From Armatimonadota bacterium (GTDB lineage: Bacteria > Armatimonadota > HRBIN16): a stretch of 64,000 bases of DNA. Made by a program: the position numbers and the translations under genes. The DNA is taken from assembly GCA_963677485.1 (NCBI GenBank), contig OY781964.1:4832001-4896000 (forward strand), read 5' to 3'. The notes under the pieces were generated by a model that ran no database searches, had not been told where the DNA came from, and worked only from the letters and a program-made list of their open reading frames with translations. How positions within the stretch are numbered: the stretch's first letter is position 1; each line of letters opens with the position of its first letter. This document shows, piece after piece, positions 29,292-39,616 of the stretch.

Positions 29292-29879
29292 ATGAAGATA
29301 CGAAATCCGCTACTCTGGCTAATGTTAGCGGTCACCACCGTAGCGGTTGTTGTCGCACCGACAATAGCCGCACCAAAGAAAGTGGCCCCGGCACTCAACT
29401 TCACGATGAAAGACATTGATGGCAAGGCTGTCAAACTCAGCAAATTCCAAGGCAAAGTGATTCTCATTGTGAATGTCGCCTCGAAATGCGGCAACACACC
29501 TCAATACACCAGTCTTCAAAAGCTGTATGAACAATACAAGAAAAAAGGGCTGGTCGTTCTGGCTTTCCCAGCCAACGAATTTGGACAGCAGGAGCCAGGA
29601 ACAAACGGCGAGATCAAGGCGTTTTGCAGTGCCAACTACCACGTCACATTCCCTGTGTTTTCCAAGATCGTGGTGAAGGGTGATGGGCAGCACCCGTTGT
29701 ATCAGTTCCTGACCAGCAAAGAGACAGACCCCAACTTTAGTGGAGACATCGAGTGGAACTTCGCCAAGTTCCTGCTCAACCGCAAGGGTGAAGTGGTAGC
29801 CCGTTTTGCACCCAAGCTCGATCCGGGTAAGCCCGAAGTTGTTGATGCCATCAAACGAGAGCTGGTCAAGAAGAAGTAG
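29292..29879 (+). CDS. Exported glutathione peroxidase-family protein (Cys type)
   Basis: Signal peptide; NVASKCG (TGC codon), FPANEFGQQEPG and WNFAKFL motifs. Confidence 0.9.
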   Translation: MKIRNPLLWLMLAVTTVAVVVAPTIAAPKKVAPALNFTMKDIDGKAVKLSKFQGKVILIVNVASKCGNTPQYTSLQKLYEQYKKKGLVVLAFPANEFGQQEPGTNGEIKAFCSANYHVTFPVFSKIVVKGDGQHPLYQFLTSKETDPNFSGDIEWNFAKFLLNRKGEVVARFAPKLDPGKPEVVDAIKRELVKKK

Positions 29880-29895
29880 CGTGGTGACGGATACG

Positions 29896-29937
29896 AAAAA
29901 GCCCCCCGCCAAGCAAACCTGGCCGGAGGCTGCTTTG
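29896..29937. terminator. Imperfect bidirectional terminator between convergent genes
   Basis: A-tract, 9/11 stem gccccccgcca/tggccggaggc, then a T-rich tail. Confidence 0.4.
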
Positions 29938-29945
29938 TATCTGTG

Positions 29946-32900
29946 CTACTTCAGGTTCTTATTGTCTGTGCTTGATGAATCAACCTGGTAGTCAGAACCG
30001 TAACCCCTCGTATTCGGATTAGTCGTATGCTGCAGGCTGAAGGCGTCGACAGCAACCGACGGAGCGGGCCCGACACCCGTCCAGCGCAGCTCAATTTGAT
30101 GCATGCCTTTGGTGAGTTTCGCACTCCAGCCTGGATACCAAGATAACTGCCTCGATGAATACGGAAGCCGAGTGGCCGCTAAGCTCATATCCGTATATGG
30201 ATAGGACTCTAATTCCGCTTTGATGCCATCCACTGTGAGCTCATACTTCCTGAGTTGGGCCCCAGAATCACATGCCGCACGGAGCAGGTAATAGCCATCT
30301 GCAGGCAGCTCTGCGGTGAATTGCATAGCATGCTTACCAGCCCCACCGAGTTTCAGCAGCTCCGTACTATAGGTATCGGAGCCGGCACCGGGGGCTATAG
30401 ATGGATCGAGTTCACCGGCGGTCAGCACCACCGCATTGATCGGCCGCACCGGCGGCACAGGGTAGACAGAGGTAACGAAGGCTTCAATCTCCTCAGCCGT
30501 CAGGCCATAGCTGTTTTCTGAGATCACCTTGCCGTCGCTATCCTTCACTGTCAGGTAGGCATGGAAACCGCCAGGAATGCGGTATATATCACCGATCTCC
30601 TTGCGGCTGATGATCTGGGTTGTAGAATCGGAAGGTAGATCAAAGCGCTTGGATACCTGGGTAATCTGCTTCCCGGTTCGGTCTGTCACCCGCAGCTTGA
30701 GTGTGCAGTTCGTCCAGCTTCTGTACCAATATTCGTTGACCACCCGCACATCCGAGGCTCCCTCGAAATCGAAGAAGAGAATCGGTAGCACCTGTTGGCA
30801 AGCCTGCTTAACTGAATAATAGGCCTTCCGCGGTTTGCCGTTGAAGTTCACCACCCCAAGAAATGCCGTGGGCAGCGGGTCGTCAAACCGGCAATGAATC
30901 GCAGCCGTGGTGGGGCAGAAACGCATCGCCCGGAAATGCTCATACATGAACTTCATGAACTGCTGCAACCACCGTTCGCTGGGCGCGACCTTGTCCATCA
31001 CATACTTGCGTATCTTCTCCGTCGACCAATCACTGGCCGAAGGCGAATCCCAGAAAACCGGCCCATCGTTATATCGGTAGGAGTTTAAGGTCTCCCAATA
31101 ATAGTCGGCGGAGTCAAACGGGAACAGCTCCTTACCGACGATATCTTGCATCTCACCCAGCGATGAGAGGCCGTAAGCCCCTACCTCGCTGACAAACCCC
31201 ACGCTGATGCCGCTCCAGAAGAAGCTCCTTCTGGCCATCTGCGAGGGGATGATGTTGGGATAGATATGGATGTCAAAATCCCCATACCCGGAGGCATTGG
31301 TCATCGGCCGCGATCCATCTAGCTGCACGATGCTCTGTGTGATGCGTTCGCTGAAACCGGGTTGCCCACCCTCGTTCCAGGCTGACCAGCCAATCACCGA
31401 GGCGTGAGGTCTGCACTGTTTGACTGTGTCGCTCACGATCTCCATGATATCATCGCGTATGGGCTCTGTGGTCGAATATCCCCACTGGAGCGGCATCTCC
31501 TGCCAGATCATCATGCCCATTTCATCGCAGAGTTCATACATATCTGGCGAGGACTGGTGCCCCACCATCCGGATAAGGTTCAAATTCGCATCCTTCTGAA
31601 GCTGAATGCGTTGCCGGTAGCCTGTGCGGTCCATCATCGACATCCAGTGAATATCATCGTTGAGCATCCCTTTGATGAAGATGCGGTGATGGTTCACGTA
31701 GATGCACTTCTCCTCACGGACCAAATCCACCTCGCGCAAGCCCACGCGCGAAACATGCCGGTCAAGCAACTCGGTGCCTCGACGAACCTCCACAACCATA
31801 TTGTGCATATTGGGTGCGCCCTGTTCCCAGGGGAACCACAGCAGCGGGTCGTCGATCGGCAACTTCAACTCAACAGGGGTTGTTCCCTTCATATCGAGCT
31901 GTTGTTCAGACGTGAACACCCGGGACTTACGACCTTTGACTGCAGGCTCTGTGAGGATACATTTCACTGTCACCAGCTCATCGGAACTGGCCGAAGGTTG
32001 TAACTCCAGTTTGATATCAACATCGGCATGTTTCAGGTCTTTACTGACCGTGCTGCTATTCCATACGTTCTGTATGCCTACATCACCATGTCCGACCAGC
32101 GTGACCGATCGGAATATTCCGCCGGTACAGCCTTCCTCGTTGTAGGGCATGCAGATATCATCCTGGCTGTTACCCTTGATGATGGTCTTCTGGGGTGAGT
32201 ATCCAGGATCTACCGGACTATCGACCCGAACCACAATCAGGTTCTTCTCTCCCTTGCGGATCGCCTCCGTGGCGTCCAGTTTGAAGCTGGAAAAGGCACC
32301 GACATGTCTGCCCAGATACTCGCCGTTTACCCATACACGAGCATCGTAGTCCACACCGCCGAAGTTCAGTTCTAGAGTGCTTCCCGGGAACGAAGCAGGG
32401 ACATCGAACTGCCGGCTGAACCACACCACTCCGTGGTAATCTACGCCATGCACATACCATTGCGATGGTACCGGCATCGTCTTCCAACTCGATTCATCGA
32501 AGCCAGGCCTAAAATAGGCGTGCCGGATGCCCAGATTTCCGGGATCGGTGGTGTATTTCCAATCACCATCCAGCGACAGCAGCTTGCTTTTATCCTGCAT
32601 CTGGGCGACCAAAGATGGTTTGGCCTTCGGTGTATTCTTTGGATACGACGAGGTAACCTTGCCCTTGTAGACCAGGGCATTCATGCGCGGTCCGGATTGC
32701 CTGATCGTCAGTCCTGCGAGAACCAGTGAGGCGGTCGGATTGGTACACCGGAACGTGAGGGAATCAATCGGGGTATCTAGCCGCTTGGGTGTGTAGCTGA
32801 ACATCATCAACTGCCGACGGGGATGAACCTCAAGCATTTCGTCCAAATGGTAGTATTTTGAGCCTTCAGGGTCGGTATTGAGTGCCTCAGCATCCCTGAA

Positions 32901-33851
32901 GCCAAACGCGAATTCGACTTCTGGCACGAAGTGGCCGTACCGACTACTCGCGATGTTTATCCCCGCGACTAATGGAACGACCTCTTCAAGGCCGTCGGTG
33001 TATCGCAGTACATACTCACCCACCGCTGTTTCGACCTCGGGTGTGGTATCGAAACCCTCGCCGACATGACCCAGGAAGATTATCTCTTGAGCTGGTGTTC
33101 CTTTGAGCGGGATCGACACCTCTGAGGGAAACGACAGACCAGACAGCCCTTCTCCCGTAGCCTGGAGTTCGTAGATCACTGGGCCGTTCTGACCTTCCAT
33201 GGTGGTGGTCACATCAATGTAGATACCTTTGGCCTTAATATCGCCAACGGGGAACTCGAACCACCCTCCCATCCGCTTTTCGTCTTTGACCGCTGCGATC
33301 TCTTTTTGGGTTCCGTCGGGCAGTATCAGTCCGACCGAATAGTCCTTCGGGGCGTGCCGTGGTGTGGCCCAGCCCAGAAAGCGAATTCCATTCACCCTGC
33401 AGATACCCTTGAAGTTGATCCACAGCTTGCCGTTCGGCCGGTTCTCACCTGAAAACCAGTAAGTCCCATCATCTCCATCATTGGCGTTGGCAATGGCACC
33501 ATTGCCAGGCTGCTGGTGATCAGCTCCTGCCACGGCGCCTGCCCATGCCGAGGAAATCGACGTGGCGACTTTGGACTTCCACTGGGCCCCTGCCACCCGG
33601 ATATTGCCAGTATCCTGGGGATACCAGAATGGCACACCATGTCTCTTCCATATATCCATACTGAACCCGGCATAGGCAAAGTAGCCGATCTCATACAGAT
33701 TATACGTGTTGTCGTTCTTGCTGGACTTTATGTCTACACACCGGAATTCACCGATTTTCCGCAATCCGTTTGCATCCATATCTGCACCACAGCATGTGGT
33801 CATCATCATCACGGCCAACGCTGTGATGCCCAGAACCCAACCCTTATTCAT
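29946..33851 (-). CDS. Secreted GH2 glycoside hydrolase (beta-mannosidase-like) with a discoidin/CBM32-like domain
   Basis: Signal peptide; ANDGDDGTYW; LNFGGVDYDARVWVNG; NLIRMVGH; CDEMGMMIWQE; acid/base WNEG; nucleophile FVSEVG. Confidence 0.85.
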   Translation of the reverse strand: MNKGWVLGITALAVMMMTTCCGADMDANGLRKIGEFRCVDIKSSKNDNTYNLYEIGYFAYAGFSMDIWKRHGVPFWYPQDTGNIRVAGAQWKSKVATSISSAWAGAVAGADHQQPGNGAIANANDGDDGTYWFSGENRPNGKLWINFKGICRVNGIRFLGWATPRHAPKDYSVGLILPDGTQKEIAAVKDEKRMGGWFEFPVGDIKAKGIYIDVTTTMEGQNGPVIYELQATGEGLSGLSFPSEVSIPLKGTPAQEIIFLGHVGEGFDTTPEVETAVGEYVLRYTDGLEEVVPLVAGINIASSRYGHFVPEVEFAFGFRDAEALNTDPEGSKYYHLDEMLEVHPRRQLMMFSYTPKRLDTPIDSLTFRCTNPTASLVLAGLTIRQSGPRMNALVYKGKVTSSYPKNTPKAKPSLVAQMQDKSKLLSLDGDWKYTTDPGNLGIRHAYFRPGFDESSWKTMPVPSQWYVHGVDYHGVVWFSRQFDVPASFPGSTLELNFGGVDYDARVWVNGEYLGRHVGAFSSFKLDATEAIRKGEKNLIVVRVDSPVDPGYSPQKTIIKGNSQDDICMPYNEEGCTGGIFRSVTLVGHGDVGIQNVWNSSTVSKDLKHADVDIKLELQPSASSDELVTVKCILTEPAVKGRKSRVFTSEQQLDMKGTTPVELKLPIDDPLLWFPWEQGAPNMHNMVVEVRRGTELLDRHVSRVGLREVDLVREEKCIYVNHHRIFIKGMLNDDIHWMSMMDRTGYRQRIQLQKDANLNLIRMVGHQSSPDMYELCDEMGMMIWQEMPLQWGYSTTEPIRDDIMEIVSDTVKQCRPHASVIGWSAWNEGGQPGFSERITQSIVQLDGSRPMTNASGYGDFDIHIYPNIIPSQMARRSFFWSGISVGFVSEVGAYGLSSLGEMQDIVGKELFPFDSADYYWETLNSYRYNDGPVFWDSPSASDWSTEKIRKYVMDKVAPSERWLQQFMKFMYEHFRAMRFCPTTAAIHCRFDDPLPTAFLGVVNFNGKPRKAYYSVKQACQQVLPILFFDFEGASDVRVVNEYWYRSWTNCTLKLRVTDRTGKQITQVSKRFDLPSDSTTQIISRKEIGDIYRIPGGFHAYLTVKDSDGKVISENSYGLTAEEIEAFVTSVYPVPPVRPINAVVLTAGELDPSIAPGAGSDTYSTELLKLGGAGKHAMQFTAELPADGYYLLRAACDSGAQLRKYELTVDGIKAELESYPYTDMSLAATRLPYSSRQLSWYPGWSAKLTKGMHQIELRWTGVGPAPSVAVDAFSLQHTTNPNTRGYGSDYQVDSSSTDNKNLK

Positions 33852-33982
33852 GCTGTTCCCTTTCCGAATCGTATGGTGGTTTTGTGATCAGGCTGAGGAA
33901 GGAGAATGCTGCGTCCCCCCTTAAGCATAGTGCTTGAGGTTATTCTACATCATAAGATATGCAACAAGATACCCATCCGTGT

Positions 33983-35302
33983 CTAGCGTGTCACATCCCA
34001 GCCGGCTCGGTACACCTTGTCACCATAAACTGAGCGGATATCCGTCCACGTCAACATCCCACCACGATGCATCGCGACCGAATCTTCGGTGTCAGGGATG
34101 GTGAGGTTGCCATACTCATCCGTCATGAAATAATGCTGAGCATACACACCACTGCCACTGCTAAGTCCCAGATACTTGTCACTTAGGCCGCATCCGTTAA
34201 GGTAACGGTCGAAGTATTTGATACTCGATAGGCCACCCTTGCCCGTCAGACTCATATTCTGCGAGTATTGTATCATCAGATCACCGTGCAGCGTGTCTTC
34301 GCCATTATTCCGGTAACCGTTGTAAAGTGCCACCCACCGGTCTATCCCATATGCTTTGGCCACCCTGATCAGTGTGCCGGTCTGCTTGATGGCCTCAGAG
34401 ACCTTCACCGGAACGGACCACGCCTTCTCACGAGTGAAGTCACTGCTGGTGCTCAGATAGAGATAAGTCAATCCATGTGTATCGACGTCCGTGTAGAAAT
34501 AATGATACTTGCCGTTGTAGTAGCAGATGGAGCCGATGAGACCTTGTGTGTCTGGCTTCTTCGCTGCTCTCACACTGCGGATCAAGTTGCCATTGACGTC
34601 ACCTACGGGCCGAGGCCTTCGCCACTCGTCCGGCACATCTAAACCGAACGGCTTCCAGCATGGGGTACCCTTGATCGTTGTCCTCAGCTCCCAGTTGATC
34701 ATGTCCAGTGATCTGGCCATACATAGATAGTGGCGGTAGTCTGCATCATCGGTGTCACGGTCGCGATTGTCATCCGTCACTGCCATAAAGAACACGTAGA
34801 AGTATTTATCGCCTTTGGGTCCTTTGACCAACATCGGGTTACCCGTGCCCGACCAGGCGTCCAGGCCATGCCCATCCGCACTATACAAGATGGACTCTTT
34901 GTCTGTGGGGTGACCATACAGCCTGAAGCCGATATTACCGGGCATGGTATAGTTGAACGGACCAGAGTAAGTTCCCGACTTTATCGAATCGCCAGGGCAG
35001 CGCAACCCAACTGGTTTGTTGGGTTCGCTGTGGAACATCGTGAAGTAGTTTTGATGTCCTGACCGCATGATCTGCACATTGTACGCCGCCTCGTTTTCCG
35101 GTGTGTTGTAGTAGACACCTTCATCAGCGGCGTCGTGCGACACAGTCAATCCGTTGGTCGTGTAGCTTCGCAAGTCAGCAGCTGAGCTGGGTACGCAGAT
35201 GACGAATGCTAAAGCTACAATCACGAAGGAAGTAATGCAGGCATACATGATGATGTGACTCCTGGTGATGGAATACTTGTATATGATGGGAGTGAGCTCC
35301 AT
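33983..35302 (-). CDS. Secreted hypothetical protein, probable beta-propeller glycoside hydrolase (GH32/43-like)
   Basis: N-terminal hydrophobic signal; GNPMLV, YFYVFF, ARSLDMINW and GKYHYFYT propeller-like segments; start codon uncertain. Confidence 0.55.
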   Translation of the reverse strand: MELTPIIYKYSITRSHIIMYACITSFVIVALAFVICVPSSAADLRSYTTNGLTVSHDAADEGVYYNTPENEAAYNVQIMRSGHQNYFTMFHSEPNKPVGLRCPGDSIKSGTYSGPFNYTMPGNIGFRLYGHPTDKESILYSADGHGLDAWSGTGNPMLVKGPKGDKYFYVFFMAVTDDNRDRDTDDADYRHYLCMARSLDMINWELRTTIKGTPCWKPFGLDVPDEWRRPRPVGDVNGNLIRSVRAAKKPDTQGLIGSICYYNGKYHYFYTDVDTHGLTYLYLSTSSDFTREKAWSVPVKVSEAIKQTGTLIRVAKAYGIDRWVALYNGYRNNGEDTLHGDLMIQYSQNMSLTGKGGLSSIKYFDRYLNGCGLSDKYLGLSSGSGVYAQHYFMTDEYGNLTIPDTEDSVAMHRGGMLTWTDIRSVYGDKVYRAGWDVTR

Positions 35303-35337
35303 CCTCGAACGAATGGAGCCCCATCAGTCTGCCATAT

Positions 35338-37233
35338 CTAGTGCAGGCGCGGATCCGTCGCGAGATTCTTTGCGAAACCCTCATACGACTCGATACAGAA
35401 CCACCAGTAGTCTGTGCCGAAAGGCGGCATGTCGATCTCCGCCTTCAGCACATCATAGTGGGTTTCCGTAAAGAACGCGGCAAACTCTTTGCGGTAAGCG
35501 TCACTTTTCGCTTTGTCGCCTGTCACAGTAACTGTGTACGCCTTTTTGAGTAAGATGCAGTAGAGACCATGGACTTTCACCACTTCAAGCCGATGTTTTA
35601 CAGGCTCAGACAACGCTGAAGCATTGATGGAGCCCAAAGACGCCACCAGCTTTTCTATCTGAGCCACGTTCTTAGCGCAATCCAGTGGAGTCAGCTCATG
35701 CATCAACTCAGTCATGCGTCGCATATAATCACCGATCTGCCTGCCGATGTCGCCGAAGTATGCGGAGTAGAAGCGGTCTTCCAGCTTCCTTAGGTTCAAC
35801 CTGGTATCCGACCAGACCTTCAACCAGGACCACAACATCAGCGGAGTCGGCACACACAGGTTGAAGTAAAGCACCCAGTCGCCTACGCCTGTGATGCCGC
35901 GCTTCAGGTAATACCGGCTGTCTTTCTGCATCACATCCACCGGCCAAAGGAAGGCATGTGTTCGCGGACCCATACCCGGCATTTCACACAGGTTATAGTA
36001 ATCCATGATCATGGTTCTGCCGCGAAAACCGACAGATTTGAGATAACCCAGCCAGTTATCCATCATGCCGATGATCTTGCGGTTACACTCTGGCTCACCG
36101 TCAAGCGGGATGTAGAGGTCACGGTCATATCCTATACAGAGGTTCATCAGCATGTTCCGGCCGTTTGAGGGCAGCTCCACCTTCCAGGTCGGTGGTGTGC
36201 GTAGAGAGTGGTAGGCGATGAACTCGAACACCGTGCCAGGTGCTTCCTCCTCGACTATCTTCGCAGCCTTGCTGACGAGCATGATATACCAGTTGGAGTT
36301 CGGCTCTTTGACACATTCCGGGCAGCCGCAATAGTGCGGGTCGGGGATATCCTCTGGCCAGAAGGTGATGATGTCCCAGGCTCCCCTCTTCTTGCGTACA
36401 AACTCGCGCCAGTTGTTCATGAATATCTCAACTGCTTTGGGGTTCGAGAAGCAGGCCGTGCGGTTGTTTACAGTGCGCTTGCCGCCCACTACGGGGAAAT
36501 ATTCGGGATGGGTATCAAACAGCTTAGGATCGAGGATGAAGGACGACCAGTTATGCAGCGGGCCCCTGATCAGCAGACCTCGTTTGCGGATTTCCGCAGC
36601 ATATGGCGGTAACACCGGTTCACCAGCGCCGAGGTCTGCGAAGCCTGTGATGAGGTTGATGCGGTTCTTGGCCAGAAAATCTATAGTGACAGGCTCATCC
36701 GGCTTCATATAGTAGTCACGGATGTCCATATCTGAACCGTATTTGGTGTTCATCGCCGCTGAGAGCGTGATGCGCCTAACCGGTGGGATGCACTCATGCG
36801 ATTCGCCCGGACCATAGAACTCGATCTTGGCATATTGCTGAAGGAAATCATAGACACAATACAGCGCAGAACGGTCGTTCTCGCCTACCAGATACACCGT
36901 GCCGTTTTGAGACAACGCCCCCGCTCGGTCGAAGCACCTGGCCTTGAATGACACTCTTACTTGGGAGGAGTTCGCGTTCGTAATATAGAAGGCGCCTGCT
37001 TCCGGCTGCCCTTCCTTGACGATAAGTTCCGAACCGGTGGCTTTCGCCAGATACCGGCTCAACTCCGAGGCCGCGAATTTGATGATGGCAGAGGATGCAG
37101 GCGGGTAGATCACCGCATTGAGCGGGGTACCAGCCAGAGTGATGCTTTTGGCTGACGTTTGATTATCCCTTGCCGAGGCCGAACGGAGCATGACCAATGT
37201 CATCAAGATACAAAACAGAAATGATACAAGCAT
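35338..37233 (-). CDS. Secreted DUF4838-type protein (GH-like TIM barrel)
   Basis: FAASELSRYL, LYCVYDFLQ, THPEYFP, ACFSNP, CGCPEC and FIAYH motifs; ATG at 37233 with GGAGG RBS. Confidence 0.72.
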   Translation of the reverse strand: MLVSFLFCILMTLVMLRSASARDNQTSAKSITLAGTPLNAVIYPPASSAIIKFAASELSRYLAKATGSELIVKEGQPEAGAFYITNANSSQVRVSFKARCFDRAGALSQNGTVYLVGENDRSALYCVYDFLQQYAKIEFYGPGESHECIPPVRRITLSAAMNTKYGSDMDIRDYYMKPDEPVTIDFLAKNRINLITGFADLGAGEPVLPPYAAEIRKRGLLIRGPLHNWSSFILDPKLFDTHPEYFPVVGGKRTVNNRTACFSNPKAVEIFMNNWREFVRKKRGAWDIITFWPEDIPDPHYCGCPECVKEPNSNWYIMLVSKAAKIVEEEAPGTVFEFIAYHSLRTPPTWKVELPSNGRNMLMNLCIGYDRDLYIPLDGEPECNRKIIGMMDNWLGYLKSVGFRGRTMIMDYYNLCEMPGMGPRTHAFLWPVDVMQKDSRYYLKRGITGVGDWVLYFNLCVPTPLMLWSWLKVWSDTRLNLRKLEDRFYSAYFGDIGRQIGDYMRRMTELMHELTPLDCAKNVAQIEKLVASLGSINASALSEPVKHRLEVVKVHGLYCILLKKAYTVTVTGDKAKSDAYRKEFAAFFTETHYDVLKAEIDMPPFGTDYWWFCIESYEGFAKNLATDPRLH

Positions 37234-37689
37234 GAGTTGCCCTCCAGGAGCGTTTCGCATTATACGCCATTGCTGTCGCAGCACTAGAGTAGGCATCGGA
37301 CGGCGTCGGCTATTGTCATTATAACGGGGGAACAAGGTAGATATGACACGGTGAGTGCGGAGAATGACAGATATTGTGTTACAGCACCTTGGAATAGGGG
37401 AACTAATCAGCCATATGCGACGGGTTCCATCAACCTGCTAAAGCAGGCCTCGTCACCCGTCACTAATCAGTTGGCTGTCCGCTGAAGCGGACGCATCGCG
37501 GACGACCACTGCGTCCTCTTTCGGGCTGCGAATAATCAGCCACGCGGTGACTATACCCATACCAACGAGCCTGCGAAATGAGTGTGCTACCTATCGAGAC
37601 GCGACATGTTCGGCTATCTGTCAGACCGCTCCTGACAGCACCATCTGTGATTGTGTAGCAGCAAATGCGGTGTCACTATCGGTGATAGC

Positions 37690-38328
37690 TTAGTCCCATG
37701 TCCCTGACGTAATACGCTGCGCAAGGGTGTCAAAAATACGAGCGCAGTGTGGTGCCCGTGCTTTGACTTTTAGTGGGTCGATTGTCATCAAGATAGCTGG
37801 CAGATGGTTATACTTATGGTAACGGCCCTTCTTCGTGTCTTTTGTCGCTGCATCCAAATTGCTGATCTGTGTCTTCTTTGGGATATCTTCTACATTCGAT
37901 GTGACACTCAACGTCTTAACATGAAACCCATCGCCGTAATACTCACTCAAGCTCACAGGGTCAGCGAAGAGCCATGCTTCGATGGCTTGGCACATTAACT
38001 GACACTGATCGTCATTCACACCGGATGGCCGATCCCAGTTGTCATCAGGACGGCCCTTAAGATGCTGCCAGCACAACCCATAACTTCGCACGGGGTCTTC
38101 TGAATCCACTAGCAGTACATGGTAGACATCATCGCTATGTGCAATTGCATGGCAGAACTTGGTATACGATTGCCCGCGGCTGCCGTGCAAGATAAACCTG
38201 ACCCCAAGGTGTTTGCTCTTCCCCAACTGGTAGAGTTCGTTAAAGAAAAGATGGAACGCGCGGCGCATCTCCACATCTTGAGACTTATTACGTCCACCTT
38301 CGATATGGAAATGCAAATCTGTTACCAC
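37690..38328 (-). CDS. DUF4276 family (TOPRIM-like) protein
   Basis: HIEGG, LLVDSE, QAIEAWLFAD and YHK motifs; translationally coupled to the ATPase. Confidence 0.75.
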   Translation of the reverse strand: MVTDLHFHIEGGRNKSQDVEMRRAFHLFFNELYQLGKSKHLGVRFILHGSRGQSYTKFCHAIAHSDDVYHVLLVDSEDPVRSYGLCWQHLKGRPDDNWDRPSGVNDDQCQLMCQAIEAWLFADPVSLSEYYGDGFHVKTLSVTSNVEDIPKKTQISNLDAATKDTKKGRYHKYNHLPAILMTIDPLKVKARAPHCARIFDTLAQRITSGTWD

Positions 38329-39548
38329 CTCGTCCCACCGAATCCTCCCTTGAGCCAGATGTCACCTAAAGATACATCATCATCCCAATCTGCAACATCA
38401 GCATCGGTGAGCCGTCGCACGGTCGTGCCAGAATCGGACCAGTCACACACCAGTATGGCTTCAGGTATCTCTTTCAGCTTGGAGACTAATAAGTCAGAAT
38501 GCGTGGTCACTATTAACTGGGTTCGTTCTGATGCCTCTATCAGCATCTCGGCTATGACAGGAATAATATCGGGATGCATCCCAAGTTCCGGCTCCTCAAT
38601 ACAGATCACTGCAGGGGGTGCCGGATCATAGAGCATCGCTAGAAGGGCGAGAAACCTCAACGTTCCATCTGACAGTCTGGAAGCAGGTATGACGATGTCG
38701 CCAGTTTCTCTTATGGCAAGCTGGACTTGATTCGCGTAGATATCGAACACGATGTCTTCGGTTCTATCGTAAAAGCTCTTCAAGCGGTTCAGAATTTTAC
38801 TTCGGACCTCTCCGCGCATAAGGAAGTTATTCAACACTAGGGCGAGATTGCTGGCATCATCAAGCAAGTGCGACTTCGGGTCGTCTGTTTTGGATGGTGT
38901 GCGGATGGGCGATGAAGGCCCTGTGTCCCACAGTCGATAAATCGCAATACTGCCGAGTTGTTTCGCAAGGTAGTGGATTTCCGGGTAGAATGCCGGGTCA
39001 TTCTTTTGGGACAGAATCGACTGGTCAAGTGAGATCTCTTCACGTTTTAGTTTGAGCTCTCGCCTAGAAGGTATGCCTGATTCTTGATGCGCAGGTGATA
39101 CTCCGTTATCACTAACGACATTCAGGATGGGGTGACCATCATTATATCGGTAGAAGAAATCTATGTCTCCATCACTAGAAGACTCATTTTGCAGCGATTC
39201 ATTCAACAACTGGGTTCTACCGGCGACCTCAGACAGCTCGACGTGATAGACCAAGCCCTTACCGTTGCCTGATTGGGCCAACACCGCATCTATTGCCAGA
39301 CTGGTGTCTATCGTGGTCTTACCTGGCTCTTTCCATATCCAATCCGCAATGCCAGTGCTTCTGAACGGCGTCGTTAAATCCTTAGCCGCAGCCCGCAACA
39401 CACCGATGGCTTCAATCAGATTGGATTTCCCTGCAGCATTAGGTCCTATCAGTACATTGAGAGGCCGCAGTTCGATGGCATTGGCACCATGACCATACGA
39501 TAGGAAATCATGCAGTGTGATTTGTTTGATGAATGGTTGGATGTTCAC
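38322..39548 (-). CDS. AAA_21/ABC-type ATPase (OLD/SMC-like)
   Basis: GPNAAGKSN, LSDGTLRF, ICIEEPELGMHP and IVTTHS motifs. Confidence 0.88.
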   Translation of the reverse strand: MNIQPFIKQITLHDFLSYGHGANAIELRPLNVLIGPNAAGKSNLIEAIGVLRAAAKDLTTPFRSTGIADWIWKEPGKTTIDTSLAIDAVLAQSGNGKGLVYHVELSEVAGRTQLLNESLQNESSSDGDIDFFYRYNDGHPILNVVSDNGVSPAHQESGIPSRRELKLKREEISLDQSILSQKNDPAFYPEIHYLAKQLGSIAIYRLWDTGPSSPIRTPSKTDDPKSHLLDDASNLALVLNNFLMRGEVRSKILNRLKSFYDRTEDIVFDIYANQVQLAIRETGDIVIPASRLSDGTLRFLALLAMLYDPAPPAVICIEEPELGMHPDIIPVIAEMLIEASERTQLIVTTHSDLLVSKLKEIPEAILVCDWSDSGTTVRRLTDADVADWDDDVSLGDIWLKGGFGGTRW

Positions 39549-39616
39549 AGTGTACCTCTAGATGGCTGCCTACGGGCTGCTCATTTCTACTGTACTTTAT
39601 ATTCGTCATTTCCGCA

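Noticed and set aside
29470-29500. Selenocysteine in the glutathione peroxidase
   Set aside because: The active-site codon is TGC (Cys), not TGA.
37404-37545. CRISPR array, hammerhead or glmS ribozyme, or integron attC in the structured region
   Set aside because: The repeats are only 7 nt with uneven spacing; the catalytic cores and attC boxes are not matched.
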